Shown here: positions 1 through 13,438 of the stretch, one piece after another
How positions within the stretch are numbered: position 1 is the stretch's first letter
Layout: the number at the start of each line of letters is the position of its first letter
NCBI RefSeq assembly: GCF_001194135.2
Contig: NC_068984.1
Span: 16,746,757 to 16,810,756 of the forward strand
Length of the DNA stretch: 64,000 bases
Source: Octopus bimaculoides
Taxonomy: Eukaryota
Reading direction: 5' to 3'
The notes under the pieces: model-generated
Told to the model about the DNA's origin: nothing
Seen by the model: only the letters and a program-made list of their open reading frames with translations
Databases searched by the model: none
Made by a program: the position numbers and the translations under genes

Positions 1-1129
1 TATACATATATATATATAAATATATATATATACATATATATATATAAACATGCCTTAACTGTTTAACTCAGACATTTTTTTTTTCTCTCCATCTTTTTAC
101 TCTCCTCCTTCCTTTCTGCAGAAGAACATAAGCTCGAAACACTAACAACTTCTTTCATTTTCCCTGAGCATGAAACTATTACACCTTGTTTGTTGTTCTT
201 TCACCTCTTCTTTTTGTTTTCTTTACTTTTGGACCATGTGTATGTATTTGCCCACCACCACTGCTTGACAACCAGTGTTGGTTTGTTTACATCCCCGTAA
301 CTTGGCTGTTCAATGAAAGAGACCATTAGAATAAGTGCCAGGCTTTAAGAAAAAAAAGATGGGTTAATTCATTGAACTGAAAAATTTTCCATTGGTTAGA
401 CAGATATATTATTGAGGCATTGTTTTAAAGCCAGATGCCTTTTCTATCTCTAACCTTTACCTGCTTTTCAAGCAAGGAATCTTCACATGTTTTTGAAAGC
501 ACAAAGCAAGCAACCAGTTTGTGATGGTCTCTAGGAGTTTGTAGAGTGTACCTTCTGGACAACAGACGTTACTGTGAAAAACTACACTTTCCATATGATC
601 AAAATTTAGCATCATGGATTTGAACCATATTTCATCTCTTTCATTTCTATTTATATTCTATGTTATTTACAGGCATTTGAGCCCAAAATACTAATATATT
701 GAAATGAATATCCCCCTTTTTGAAATTTAAAAAAATCTCCATTGTTGACAGTTTCTCATACACAATCTGTTTATTCACACAATGCTTCTAAATAGGTTTT
801 CTCAAATTGAAACAAAAATATAAAAAATAAATATCTATATGAAAATTACGTATCTATAAGTGTGATGTACGTACTTATCAATAAATGTACATGTAGGTAT
901 ATGTACGAATGTATGTGTGTGTATAAATGAATATATACACATACACATATATTCATAGATATATTTATATACACTTGCGTATATACAAATTCAGTAATAC
1001 ATAAATGAATACACACATATGCACACAATCACACAGTATCATACTATTTTCTGTCTTTACATTTTATATATATATATATGTCTATTTATCATTGATTCTT
1101 TGTACACACACCTATTTGCATATATATAC

Positions 1130-1162
<33 letters not shown>

Positions 1163-1573
1163 GACAGATAATTTTTTGCTTAAACATGTTATATTGAAGA
1201 CAGGAAATATGAAAAATCTTTAATAAAAAATATTAAATTCAAACACAGTGATGTCTTCAATATATGTGTGTATGTATATATGAGACAGAGAGAATAAATA
1301 CACTGATAAATGGATAGAGAGATTGAGATGTAAAGTCAGATACATGGATAGAGAGAAAATAGATTAATAGCATATAAATTGGTACATACAGACTGACGCT
1401 CCAACAGGTAGTTACAAAAATACATTTTTGTATAAATTAGATATATTGAAAGATTTCACAGGAAATGAATTCCTTCCCATGTGTGCATATGTATTTATAA
1501 ATGCTCATATGAAAGTGTGTATATATTTATATGCGTGTGTGTGTACGTATAAATGTGAGTGTGTGTATATATA

Positions 1574-1605
<32 letters not shown>

Positions 1606-2144
1606 ATTTATTTATTGATATATATAATTTATTTATTGATATGTACATAACTAATATAGTTATAATTTTCCTTCAAATATTTTTTCCATTTCAATGATTG
1701 CCTTCTCTTGTCGTTGCTTTATGCTTCACGAAACTCGGAGTACTGTGGGCTACAGAGTTAGGATTCAAGAAGCTTCTACAGCTAATAATATATATTTTAT
1801 CAGTCAGTGAATTGCATCCATGCTGGAGCACCAGCTTAAAGAGTTTTAGTCAAACAAATTAATCCCTCTATTTACTTTTTAAATCTAGTGCTTATTCTAT
1901 CAGTCAGTTTGCCAAACTGCTCGTTCACAGGGACATAAATAAACCAACACCAGTTGTCAAGGGGTGGCAGAAGACACAGATACAAATACACACATACACA
2001 CACACAAAATGCTTGCACATAGTTCCATTTACCAATTTCACTCAAAAGGTTATAGTGGAAAACCTTGCCTGACGTAGCACACAGTGGGACTGAACTCAAA
2101 ACCACATGGTTTCAAAGCAAGCTTCTAAACCACGCAGCCACACC

Positions 2145-2184
<40 letters not shown>

Positions 2185-2214
2185 CATATATGTATATATA
2201 TATATATATATATA

Positions 2215-2945
2215 NNNNNNNNNNNNNNNNNNNNNNNNNNNNNNNNNNNNNNNNNNNNNNNNNNNNNNNNNNNNNNNNNNNNNNNNNNNNNNNNNNNNNN
2301 NNNNNNNNNNNNNNNNNNNNNNNNNNNNNNNNNNNNNNNNNNNNNNNNNNNNNNNNNNNNNNNNNNNNNNNNNNNNNNNNNNNNNNNNNNNNNNNNNNNN
2401 NNNNNNNNNNNNNNNNNNNNNNNNNNNNNNNNNNNNNNNNNNNNNNNNNNNNNNNNNNNNNNNNNNNNNNNNNNNNNNNNNNNNNNNNNNNNNNNNNNNN
2501 NNNNNNNNNNNNNNNNNNNNNNNNNNNNNNNNNNNNNNNNNNNNNNNNNNNNNNNNNNNNNNNNNNNNNNNNNNNNNNNNNNNNNNNNNNNNNNNNNNNN
2601 NNNNNNNNNNNNNNNNNNNNNNNNNNNNNNNNNNNNNNNNNNNNNNNNNNNNNNNNNNNNNNNNNNNNNNNNNNNNNNNNNNNNNNNNNNNNNNNNNNNN
2701 NNNNNNNNNNNNNNNNNNNNNNNNNNNNNNNNNNNNNNNNNNNNNNNNNNNNNNNNNNNNNNNNNNNNNNNNNNNNNNNNNNNNNNNNNNNNNNNNNNNN
2801 NNNNNNNNNNNNNNNNNNNNNNNNNNNNNNNNNNNNNNNNNNNNNNNNNNNNNNNNNNNNNNNNNNNNNNNNNNNNNNNNNNNNNNNNNNNNNNNNNNNN
2901 NNNNNNNNNNNNNNNNNNNNNNNNNNNNNNNNNNNNNNNNNNNNN
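2215..2945. other. Assembly gap (N run)
   Basis: N run after (CA)n(TA)n microsatellite. Confidence 1.
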
Positions 2946-3737
2946 TAAAGGAATAAAGAATCTTGGTTCTGTAGTGATAATAAAAAAAATTAATCCGAAG
3001 TAATAAAGGTATCATTTCTTTATTTAAGCACTTTTCTTTATTTACACAAAGCCATTTATACATGAGGTGTAAATGGCTTTTAAATTTTCCTGAACAAGAT
3101 ACTGCTAAACTCATTATGTCTTAAAATTATGTACCTGTAATAAAAATAAACTTCAGACTAATTTTTCTTTATTATTATTATGATTATTATTATTATTATT
3201 ATTTGTGTAATTTATTTATTTATTGTAATGCTGAGATTATTTTCTATCACCATTCAATTTTATGTAACTGAATTGTAAAGCATAAGGCTCTATTCTTTAT
3301 TTATAGCAAAGATAATATGAATGGGCAATCTTTGATGTGGAAAGATGATAAAAATATGTCTATATAAAAATAATATCTATAAAAAGTGTGCACATTTCAA
3401 TAAATAAAAATATAGTTATGTATATATGTTTATTTGTGTATGTATAATATGGGCCTTGAATGCAGAGGATTTGCAAATATTAAACAAAATAAAGTGAACA
3501 TACTCCATTGGATGTGTAATGTGTGTGTGTATATAAACAACAGAGCACTAATGATCTGTAAGGAAAACTGGATATAAAATAGATGTAGTCTGCAATAGAG
3601 AAGACTAAAACTAGTATGGGCTGTGATGCATCTAGAACATATCAGCTGTCCAAGAACACAGATGTAGAAAGAAGTGCAGTAGATGGAACCTGAAGAGGAA
3701 TGATGAAGTTTATTATTTATGCGCCTTATTTATTATT

Positions 3738-4033
3738 TTAAAGCCTAGACAGGCTCATGGGATGGTTTCCCAGTTTCTATGCCGTATGTGTTCCCCCACT
3801 CAGCTGGACGGGACGCCAGTCCATTGCAGCTTTACTCAAGAAATAGGAAGAAAGAGTGAGAGAAAGTTGGGGCGAAAGAGTACAACAGGGGTCACCACCA
3901 CCCCCTGCCGGAGCCTCGTGGAGCTTTTAGGTGTTTTCTCTCAATAAACACACACAACGCCCGGTCTGGGAATCGAAACTGCAATCCTCCGACCACGAGT
4001 CCGCTACCCTAACCACTGAGCCATTGCACCTCC
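3738..4033 (-). mobile_element. SINE-G with different tail (tail 2)
   Basis: Same ~190-nt head as 34845-35219, then ATGGACTGGCGTCCCGTCCAG...GAAACTGGGAAAC; tail-2 piece also at 16680-16770+. Confidence 0.82.
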
Positions 4034-4230
4034 ACAGGGAGTTTGAAGTAGTGAAGATTAATCTTAGAAGGCTGATCTTCATGAAAATGGTGATAAAGTC
4101 TGTGATGGCTGCAACATGAAATGCTGGAAAAGGCTCATCCATGCAAGCATGACATAACAAACTTTAAAATGATAGGAGTTAATGAGGCTGCTCGGTTTAT
4201 ATTAACACTTGGACCTCTTGCCCAATATAT

Positions 4231-4305
4231 CTCTCTTAAATCTCCATCTGCCATTCTCTCTTAAATCTCCATCTGCCATTCTCTCTTAAATCTCCATCTG
4301 CCATT
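4231..4305 (+). repeat. Minisatellite, 3 perfect copies of a 25-bp unit
   Basis: ctctcttaaatctccatctgccatt x3. Confidence 0.97.
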
Positions 4306-6306
4306 CTCTCTCCCCCATCACCATCTATATCCCACATCCTCCTCTCTCTATTATTCATCCTTTCCTCACTCAATGTACCCATAACTCTCCCTCATAAGGA
4401 CTCTCTGCTCCTGTGGGACTCAAGGTAATCACAATATGCCCCCAATAGACTTTACTTACTTACTTACTTGGACATGCAGCAGCATTCACTTGGGATGGGT
4501 TGAACCAGTTCTGACCAACAAGTTCATGTTCGGAATTTCAGGGAGAACACAAGTTCACATGTGGTCTCCGATCACTCGACTTACTGTCAATAGTCAACCA
4601 TTGCAGAGGATTCACTGACCAAGTCACCACCAATTATTAGAGCAGACATAGCCTAGGTTTCAAGCTGGTTCTAGAGACATGCTTTAGCAAAAGCCAAGAG
4701 GTGCCTCACTCCCAGCAGTCTTTCAACACACCAGACACCAACCCAGAATTTCCGAGGGCCCATGCTATTTCCAGAGAGTCGTTGAACATACACTAGATTC
4801 ATTTGTCCGTTTGACAGGTCATGTTTTTAGTCCTGCTGGGTTTCTAGCATCCTTCCTCACACTGCCACACTAACAAAATAGACTCTACAAAGAGTAAGCA
4901 ATAAGCAGAGGCAAAATAATGGAGAGAGCCTTTACTTTGTTTAAGGACATGACAACCTCTCTTGTGCTGGGGCCACCATAAAATACATCCAGTTAGAATT
5001 AAGAAGAGCATTCAGTCATAGAAACCCTGCCAAAAATCAAAAATTCAAGTGAGGTGTGGGTTTACTGATCCATCTAGAAGTGTAGTATTTCCAAATAAGA
5101 ATTAACGCAGACTGTAATAATGACTTATTCAACCCATGCCAGTATGGAAAATGAATGTAAAATAACGTTGATGATAGTAGTAGAGGTGGTGGACACACAC
5201 ACACATAATGTGTTAAGTTATTTCTTCCATCTCTGTGTTTGTCTTATATATAAGAAAAGAGACGACAAAGGAAAAGAATAAGCGGATTATCTTATGAACT
5301 TCATTAGTTAACAGTTCTTTTCACAATAAGATACGGTGGACTCAGTTGAATGCTTGAGTACTGCACCTCATAGTGGAAACAGCTGTAAGCTAATGGAAGT
5401 TCATAAGATAATCATTTATTCCTTTGTCATCTCTTTTCTTATTACCACTCTGTACCCGACTTACAGTTCATCCAGAAGCACATGTATACTGAGATCTACG
5501 ACAGGTTATTGGTATCATAATGGCAAAGTGAAATATTAAAATATGCGCATATATATTATCTGTATAGCTATGCTTAGACATACAAACACACATATACATA
5601 TAAATTCATATGCATATATTTATGTATTTAAGTATATATGAAACAGTTTCTCTTTTAAATATGTTATATTAAAGACAAATTCTTCAATAAGAAAAGATTA
5701 AACTCAAACACAGTCATACCTTCAATGGGATGCATGTATAAGTGTGCAAAGATCTGTGTTAAAATGCATAGATAGATAGATAGATAGATAAAATGAAATG
5801 ACAGAGCTAGAGTGAAAATAGATTAACAGAGTTACAATGAGACTGACACTCCAACAGATAGTTACAAAGACAATTTTTTCAAATAAATTAAATATATTGA
5901 AAGATTTCATAGAAATTAATTTCTTTGTGGGTGTTTTTATGAGTAACCTGTATGCTTAAATATATAGTAATGCAGCTTCTCTGCAGCAAGAAACCTGTTC
6001 TGCTCTAGCCTTTTCCTCTCATACTTCACCTCTCTCAACTCCTCATCTCCAAGCATAAAGCTCTTGGTGTTTGTAACTGTGCAAGCTACATGGTGACTTC
6101 ACTTGTGCTGGTGGCTTGAAAAAAGAAACCCTGCTACATATTGTCAAGTGGTTGGCATTAGGAAGTGTATCAAGCAATTGCAACCATATCCTAGAGTGAA
6201 ATGCAGTCCTTGGGTCCATCAGATCCTGTGATACAAGCATGGATGTTAAATGATGATGATATATATTTCTATACTTATATATATGTGTGTGTGTGTGTGT
6301 GTGTGA

Positions 6307-7552
6307 TCATTACCATCATTGTTGTCGTCGTTTAACGTCTGCTTTCCATGCTGACATGGGTTGGACAGTTTGACTGATGACTGGCAAGCCAGAAGGCTGC
6401 ACCAGGCTCCAACCTGAGCTGGCAAAGTTTCTACAGCTGGATGCCCTTCCTAACGCCAAGTGCTCTGAGAGTGTAGTGGGTGCTTTTTACATGCCACTGG
6501 CATGATGGCCAGTCAGGTGGTACTGGCATCAACCATGCTTGGACGGTGATTTGTAAGTGCCACTGGCACAGGAGCCAGTCAGGCAGCATTGGCAATGACT
6601 ACACTCGAATAGTGCTTTTTATGTGCCACCAGTTAGGCAGTACTGGCATCAGCCACGACAATGACTTCACTTTAATCAACAGGTTTTCTCAAGCACAGTT
6701 CATTGTCCAATGATTAAAGGGTACTTTTAAATTGGCCTATATGCTACACTAGCATAGGCCACGGTTACGGTCTCATTTGGCTTACTGGGTCTTCTCAAGC
6801 ACAGCATATCTCCAAAGGTCTCAGTCAATCATCATCACCTCTGTGAAATCCAACATTCGAAGGTCGTGCTTCAACACCTCATCCAAGGTCTTCATGGGTC
6901 TACCTCTTCCACAGATTTCCTCTACTGCTAGGGTGCGATACTTTTTCACACAGATGTCCTTATCCATATGCAACACATGACCATACCAGCACAGTCATCT
7001 CTCTTGCACACCACATTTGATGCTTCTTATGTCCAACTTTTCTCTCAGGGCGCTTACTCTGTTGTGCACGTACACTGACATTACATCCAGCAGAGCATAC
7101 TAGCTTCATTCGTTGCAAGCTTATGCCTGTCCTCAGCAGTCATGGCCCATGTTTCACTACCATGTAGCATGGTTGTTTGCACACATGTGTCATACAGTCT
7201 ATCTTTTATTCTGTGCAAGAGGTCCTTTGTCACCAGAAGAGGTAGGAACTCTCTGAACTTTGCCCAGGCTATTCTAGCAGCTACACTTTCAGAGCGTCCA
7301 CCCCCAGCTACTGACTTGGTCACCCAAGTAACGGAAGCTATCAACTACTCGTAGTTTTTGCCCCTGGCATGTGACAGAAGCTGTTTTCTGCACATTTTCA
7401 GTGTTTATTGCCCCTGAGCATTTGCCACACACAAAAACTATCTCCCCAGTTAGCCTTCCTTTGATATTGCTGCACCTCTTACGTGTCCATAGCTTACATC
7501 GGGTACATCTTATGGAGTTTCTACCTACGCCTTTTCTACAGATCAAGCTTTG
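6307..7552 (-). mobile_element. 5'-truncated decayed RTE-type LINE (ORF C-terminus plus 3'UTR with (GAT)n tail)
   Basis: Minus-strand peptides CRKGVGRNSIRCTRCKLW (Cys/His finger), SFRYLGDQVS, WAKFREFLPLL, MLHGSETW; frameshifted; followed by the repeat-containing 3'UTR. Confidence 0.85.
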
Positions 7553-8655
7553 AAACTACAGAATGCAGCCCTTGCATTTAAACCCATTGAAGAAAACAAA
7601 AGTTCAAGTATCTTCTGCCATAAATTTGGGTCAGTCCAATTCTTGTGAATAAACTTGTGTACAGGGACTGTTCAGAGAAAAGCCCATTGTGTTGACTGCA
7701 CCTCAATTTGTCAAAGTTTCCTCCTCTCCTTTTGCCCATCAGTCCTGGAGTCCCAGCAAAAGGCCATGGGCCTAATCTGTCTTCTTTGACTAAACTAGAA
7801 AATAAGAACTTTTTTTTTTTTTTTTTAAGTGCAATCCTTTAGTGCTAAACATAAATTTGACTTTGTCAAAATTATTTGAAAATGGCTGTTTTATGAAAGA
7901 CTGAACAGCAATCAGAAAGCAATCAAAATAAAAGCAGTATGCTGATATGGATTTTTGAATGAAATTAGGCAACCAAGGCAAAAATTATCGTTATTTCCAT
8001 TCCAAAACTCATTCCACACCATGTTATTATCTAAGGCATAAAAGTATAGTTTCCTGTTTTATTACAGAGTAATTCTCATTTCATACTTGGTTAGTTATGT
8101 TCGAGCTGTCCGTTAATATATGGTTGTGTTCAAAATAACAAGCCAAGCCAATATATTGATACTCTAATTTTGGTGAGACATTAATGTTTTTTTTGTTTTG
8201 TTTTTTGTTAATGTTTCTTGTGTGTGTATGTGTGCATCAATTTTTCATTTAGGAAATATTTAAAAATAACATTATCTAATTATGAACAGGATTATTTTAC
8301 AGCTTAAAAACAGAAATTATTAATTAGGATATTTATCATAATGTTACTTTATTCCTCTGTATGTGTATGTGCATACAGATACACATACACAGAGGCTTGG
8401 TTGTGTGGTTAAAATGTTTGCAACCAAGTGGTTTCAAGTTCAGCCTCAATGCACAGCACTTTGAGTAACCGTCTTCTACAATTGCTTCTAGATAACCAAT
8501 GCCATGTGAGTTACATTAAGCCTGTTGTGTATATATGTGTATATGGGAGGGAGAATATATATGCATGTGTGCAAGTGTGCATGAATTCTTGTATCTTGTT
8601 TGTCACTATTTGAGTGAAGCCATTGTGATACTAACATTCCTTCAACTGAAAAGGG

Positions 8656-8696
<41 letters not shown>

Positions 8697-8699
<3 letters not shown>

Positions 8700-8925
8700 A
8701 GAATTCACAAAAAAAACAACAGATGAAGACAGGTGGTGTAGAAAACAAATAGACGTGTTAGTATAATGCAAGGGAATTGAAAAAGTCTTTAACGCTTCAA
8801 GCCTACGCTCTTCCACAGAAAGGAACACAGAAAGAAACAAGGAGAGAAAAAAAAGTGTGTAGTGGCTAACGATCTATCATGGCGAATCATAAATTTCGGT
8901 CAGCCCAATTATTCTTATATTAGAA
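8697..8925 (-). mobile_element. Possible Penelope-like terminal-repeat remnant; second copy ~80-230 (+)
   Basis: Two homologous copies sharing ttcctttctgNNGAAGARCRTARGCTYGAARC; hammerhead-core-like. Confidence 0.45.
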
Positions 8926-8930
8926 GTGTG

Positions 8931-8965
<35 letters not shown>

Positions 8966-9293
8966 TTCTAATATAAGGATAAAATTTTTTCAAAACAAAA
9001 TATTTTATCAGTGGCCAACATATTAAAATATCTTTTAAGGTGAAAATCATAAACAATTTTAAATAAAGACAAAAGAAAAAAATTTTATATGCCAATATGC
9101 TGAAAAATAGACTTTAGATTGTCTAACTACATACAATATTTTTCACTATAAATACAGTGTGTGAAATGTTTCAATATGCTGTGTATTTATAGTGAAAAAT
9201 ATTGTATGTGGCTAGACGATCTTTTGCCCTTATTTATAATTATTTATTTATATATATATATATTAAAAAAAATATATATATATATATACATAT

Positions 9294-9976
9294 ATACTTG
9301 TATATGATGTGTTGTGAATTTATGGAAGGAAGTCCCATAAAATTCAACAATTTTATTAAAAATGGAGGAGACAAGATGTTAAAATATATAAGAGAATTTT
9401 AATTCATACAGACGATCGTTTCATACAGTGAAATAAAAATCCTGCAAATTCATGGTTGAATTAATTAAATTAATCATATATCACTGTACTCTTCAGTGCA
9501 AGAAGTATAAACAAAATTTTTATAAAGAACTTGAGAAAGGAAAAACCAGAATAGGATCTAGGAGATTCATATTTATCCTTATGAGAAAAAAAGACTATGT
9601 GAGTCCAGTTAGGTATTAACTATAACTAAACACTATAACAGTTATTTGAAAATATAAGTAAAAGAGGTTTCAGAGACGTTCCCTCTATAGATGAGTAAGG
9701 AGGTTATATTTTCAAATAACCGTCCTTTCTCAATTTTGTTTATATTTCTTGCACTGAAGAGTACAGTCATATATAATTAATTTAATTAATTCAATTAATT
9801 TAATTAATTCAATTCAATCATGAATTTGCATGATTTTTATATCTCTGTACGAAATGATCGTCTGCATGAATTAAAATTCTCCTATATATTTTAACATCTC
9901 TTCTCCATTTTTAACAAAATTGTTGAGTTTTATGGGCTTTCTTTCCATAAATTCACAGCACATCATATACGAGTAT
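9294..9976. repeat. Long imperfect inverted repeat (~230-bp arms, ~210-bp spacer); probable old foldback element
   Basis: 9294-9520 is the reverse complement of 9732-9976 with scattered substitutions and small indels. Confidence 0.85.
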
Positions 9977-12423
9977 TATTTTCATATTCAAAATTTATGC
10001 CAGTAAGCTTACCAGCAAAATATGAAGAATCAATATTAGAAATCTTTTTTGGAAACCTCCAAATTAAAAGACGAATCTAATTCAACCTTTTTACACACAC
10101 ACACACAAATATATATATATATATATATAAAGAGAGAGATACAGCAATACCAATTTCTTACATTGGCGCACTACTTAAAGTCTGCAAGAGAGGAATATAG
10201 TCACTGGAATCAATGCCAGTATATCAGATGTTTATCTCAGAATGCTAGAAGATATAGTAGAAACCAATTGGAATGTGAACTCACAGTGCAGAGATACAAA
10301 CTAAATGTTGTAAAGCATGTGGTTCAGACGATATTATTTCTTTTACTCACCACTCTTTTCCCCTCCCCCCCCCACCTCCTTTGTATGGCTAAATAATATA
10401 TAAATCTTAGATTTCTGTGTGAGAGGAAAATTTAAGACCTGATTTTGGCAATATTAATATGATCCATAAAATACATTCATAATATTTACTCTGTGAATTA
10501 TCTTGTTTATTACTACCATTCAAGCAGAAGTACAATCAATACAAAGAAAATTGTCTAGAACTTAAAAGATTTCATCATAAAATACTTCCTAATAACTTGG
10601 TATCTAGATTCAATATTCACACAATCTCTTGACCCTTTAAGCTGGAGAAGAAAGCTGCTTTTTTTTGTTTAATATTAAATAATTTAATTATATATCAATC
10701 ACAAAGAAAGTTTTTGATTTGATTTTCTTTTTAATTTGTTTCATTCTTTTTTTTTTTTTTTTCAATTTTTTCTGGTAATAGGAAATTATTTACAGGGTTT
10801 TAATTTTTAAAAAGAAATATTTTCTAGAAAAAAAAAATCAATTTTTTTTTATAATGCGCAATGTCAAATTTTGTGCTGGATGGTTGAATTTACATCGCTA
10901 TATCTCCTGTAATTTAATTTATCCATCCTGAGTCCGGTTGGATAAAGCAAGACTTGCTTCTATCAAACTTGATCTCACAACATAGGGTATGAGGGAGGGA
11001 TGTTGAATATTGCAAGGCTTATTTAATCCTACATGACTTGTTAGCCAATTATATTTAAATTACTTTCCATATGCAATTATGACTCAGTTGTTTGATTAAT
11101 TTTCCTCTTACCCTACACTTGTCGTTGCAGTGTAATGGGACTTATACTAACTTCCATTGCTTTAAATAGGCACATGCTTGGCAGTGTGGTAAGAAGCTTG
11201 ATTCCCAGCCACGTGGTTCTGGGTTCAGTTCCACTGCAGGGCTCCTTCAGCATGTGTTTTCTTCTATAGTCCCAGGCCAACGAATGCTTTGTGAGTGAAT
11301 TTAGAACTTAGAAACTGTGTGGAAGACTGCTGTTATGTGTGTGTGTCTTTGTGTTTGTCCCCCACACCACTTTACAACCAATGTTGGTTTGTTTATGTCC
11401 CTGTGCCTTTGCAGTTCAGCAAAACAGACTGATAGAATAAGTACCAGACTTACAAAGAAATGAGTACTAAGGTTGATTTGTTTGACTAAAACACTTTAAC
11501 GCACTACTCCAGCATGGCTACAGACCACTGGCTAAAACAAGTAAAAGATATAACATAAAGAAATGCAATTGTGACTTGTTTGTTTAATTCTCCTCTTACC
11601 TCACATTTGTTGTTGCATGTAATGGAAATTACACTAATTTCCAATACTTTGAACAGTTATGAGGCATCTTGTCTCCATGTAGGGTGCCAGTTAGTTACAA
11701 GCTATTACCCATGCTGTGTTGGATTAACCATTAACCATGTGGTAAGTAACTTGCTTACCAACCACATGGTTCTGGGTTCAGTCCCATTGTGTGGCACCTT
11801 GGGCTGGTGTGGTTATGTCCCCGTAATGTAGTGGTTTGGCAAAAGAGACTGATAGAATAAGTATTAGGCTTACAAAGAATAAGTCTTGGGGTTGATTTGT
11901 TTGACTAAAGGCAGTGCTCCAGCATGGTCACAGTCAAATGACTGAAACAAATGAAAGAATATAAAATTATAAATGAAAGTGACCAAATAAATTAATTCCT
12001 TGTGGAATTACTGTTGATTCTCTATGGTCAGCCCAGAGCTATTGAAGAAGACAATTATCCAAGGTACCACACAGTGGGACTGAACTCTGAACCTAGTTGG
12101 GTAGCAAGCTTCTTAACCACACAGCCATCAATACTTCAGACTTAGCTGCTCTAGCATCAAAACCTCTAATTCAACTGATATACTAAAATTCTTCAATTAA
12201 GAATCTACAAACATAAATCTTTAGTTTTTTTATCTTATTTCAGTCATAGGACTACGACCATGCTGAGGCACCATCTCGAAGTTTAGTCAAACAAATTGAC
12301 CCCAGCAGTTATTTTTTTAAGTCCAGTACTTATTTGGCTGAATTACTAAGTTACAATGATGCAAACAAACCAACACCTGTTAAGCAGTGGGTAGCACAAA
12401 CACAAAAATGTGCACGCACACAG

Positions 12424-12470
<47 letters not shown>

Positions 12471-12700
12471 AGGCGAGCTGGCAGAAATGTTAGCACACTG
12501 GGCGAAATACTTAGCAGTATTTCGTCTGCCGCTACATTCTGAGTTCAAATTCTGCCGAAGTCGACTTTGCCTTTCATCCTTTCAGGGTCGATTAAATAGG
12601 TACCAGTTACGCACTAGGGTCGATATAATAGACTTAACCCTTTTGTCTGTCCTTGTTTGTCCCCTCTGTGTGTAGCCCCTTGTGGGTAGTAAAGAAATAA
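12471..12700 (+). mobile_element. SINE-A (tail 1) inserted in the microsatellite of a minus-strand SINE-B
   Basis: Near-identical to 17476, 60181 and 63407 copies. Confidence 0.88.
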
Positions 12701-12718
12701 CACACACACACACACACA

Positions 12719-12859
12719 NNNNNNNNNNNNNNNNNNNNNNNNNNNNNNNNNNNNNNNNNNNNNNNNNNNNNNNNNNNNNNNNNNNNNNNNNNNNNNNNNN
12801 NNNNNNNNNNNNNNNNNNNNNNNNNNNNNNNNNNNNNNNNNNNNNNNNNNNNNNNNNNN
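12719..12859. other. Assembly gap (N run)
   Basis: N run between (CA)n and (TA)n. Confidence 1.
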
Positions 12860-13167
12860 ATATATATAAATTATTATTTATATATAGAGGGTGATAAATT
12901 GAATTAATATTCAATTTAAAACCAAGTGGCCTAGCATATAAAAATTCTGAAAATTCAGAAAAATTGTATTACATGTGCATAAGAAGGGATGACCTCTTTC
13001 TAGCATATGCAGATGTCCACTTTGTGATCATCCCTTCTTATACACATGTAATATATATATATATATTTGGGATTGAACCAAAAGCCACATGATTGTAAAG
13101 CAGATTTCTTAATTATTCAGTCATTTCCTGCACTTTATGTATACTAATTCTTTGTGTTGTTTTACAG

Positions 13168-13438
13168 AGAAACGATATGCCGAGACATGGGACTACCACA
13201 TAACACCCTCCACTTTCCTCCAGTTTGATATCTCGATGGGCTGTGGTACACTATACAACACATTATACAGCGTAAAGCTGGAATATTCTATAGACACAGG
13301 CAAGACATGGCACTCTGTTATAGATGAGTGTGCACCACCAAAGTTTATTTGTAATGGCTACCATTTAAGTAGCCAATATGTTTCAGAACAACATATCAAC
13401 TGGACTCGTATTACTATCTATCTTCCTGCTGCCTCAAT
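13168..13438 (+). CDS. RELN: Reelin coding exon 1 in window (repeat 4A)
   Basis: ttttacag acceptor, AT|gtatgt donor; (E)KRYAETWDYHITPSTFLQFDISMGC...LEYSIDTGKTW...WTRITIYLPAAS; Asp-box-like YSxDxGxTW; phase 1 to phase 2. Confidence 0.95.

Noticed and set aside
846-3114. ORFs rich in Y/I/H/T/V/C or X (also 8488-8748, 20212-20650, 34491-34807, 42613-42848, 51634-52703)
   Set aside because: Translations of (TA)n/(CA)n microsatellites or N gaps
3613-3693. SMGC-containing peptide resembling a reelin motif
   Set aside because: Bounded by stops, no splice sites, no further similarity
8068-8089. Possible 22-nt micro-exon (ttattacag...G|gttagt) whose phase fits exon 1
   Set aside because: Peptide SNSHFIL does not resemble the expected reelin xALxF segment; the upstream exon is more likely outside the window or in a gap
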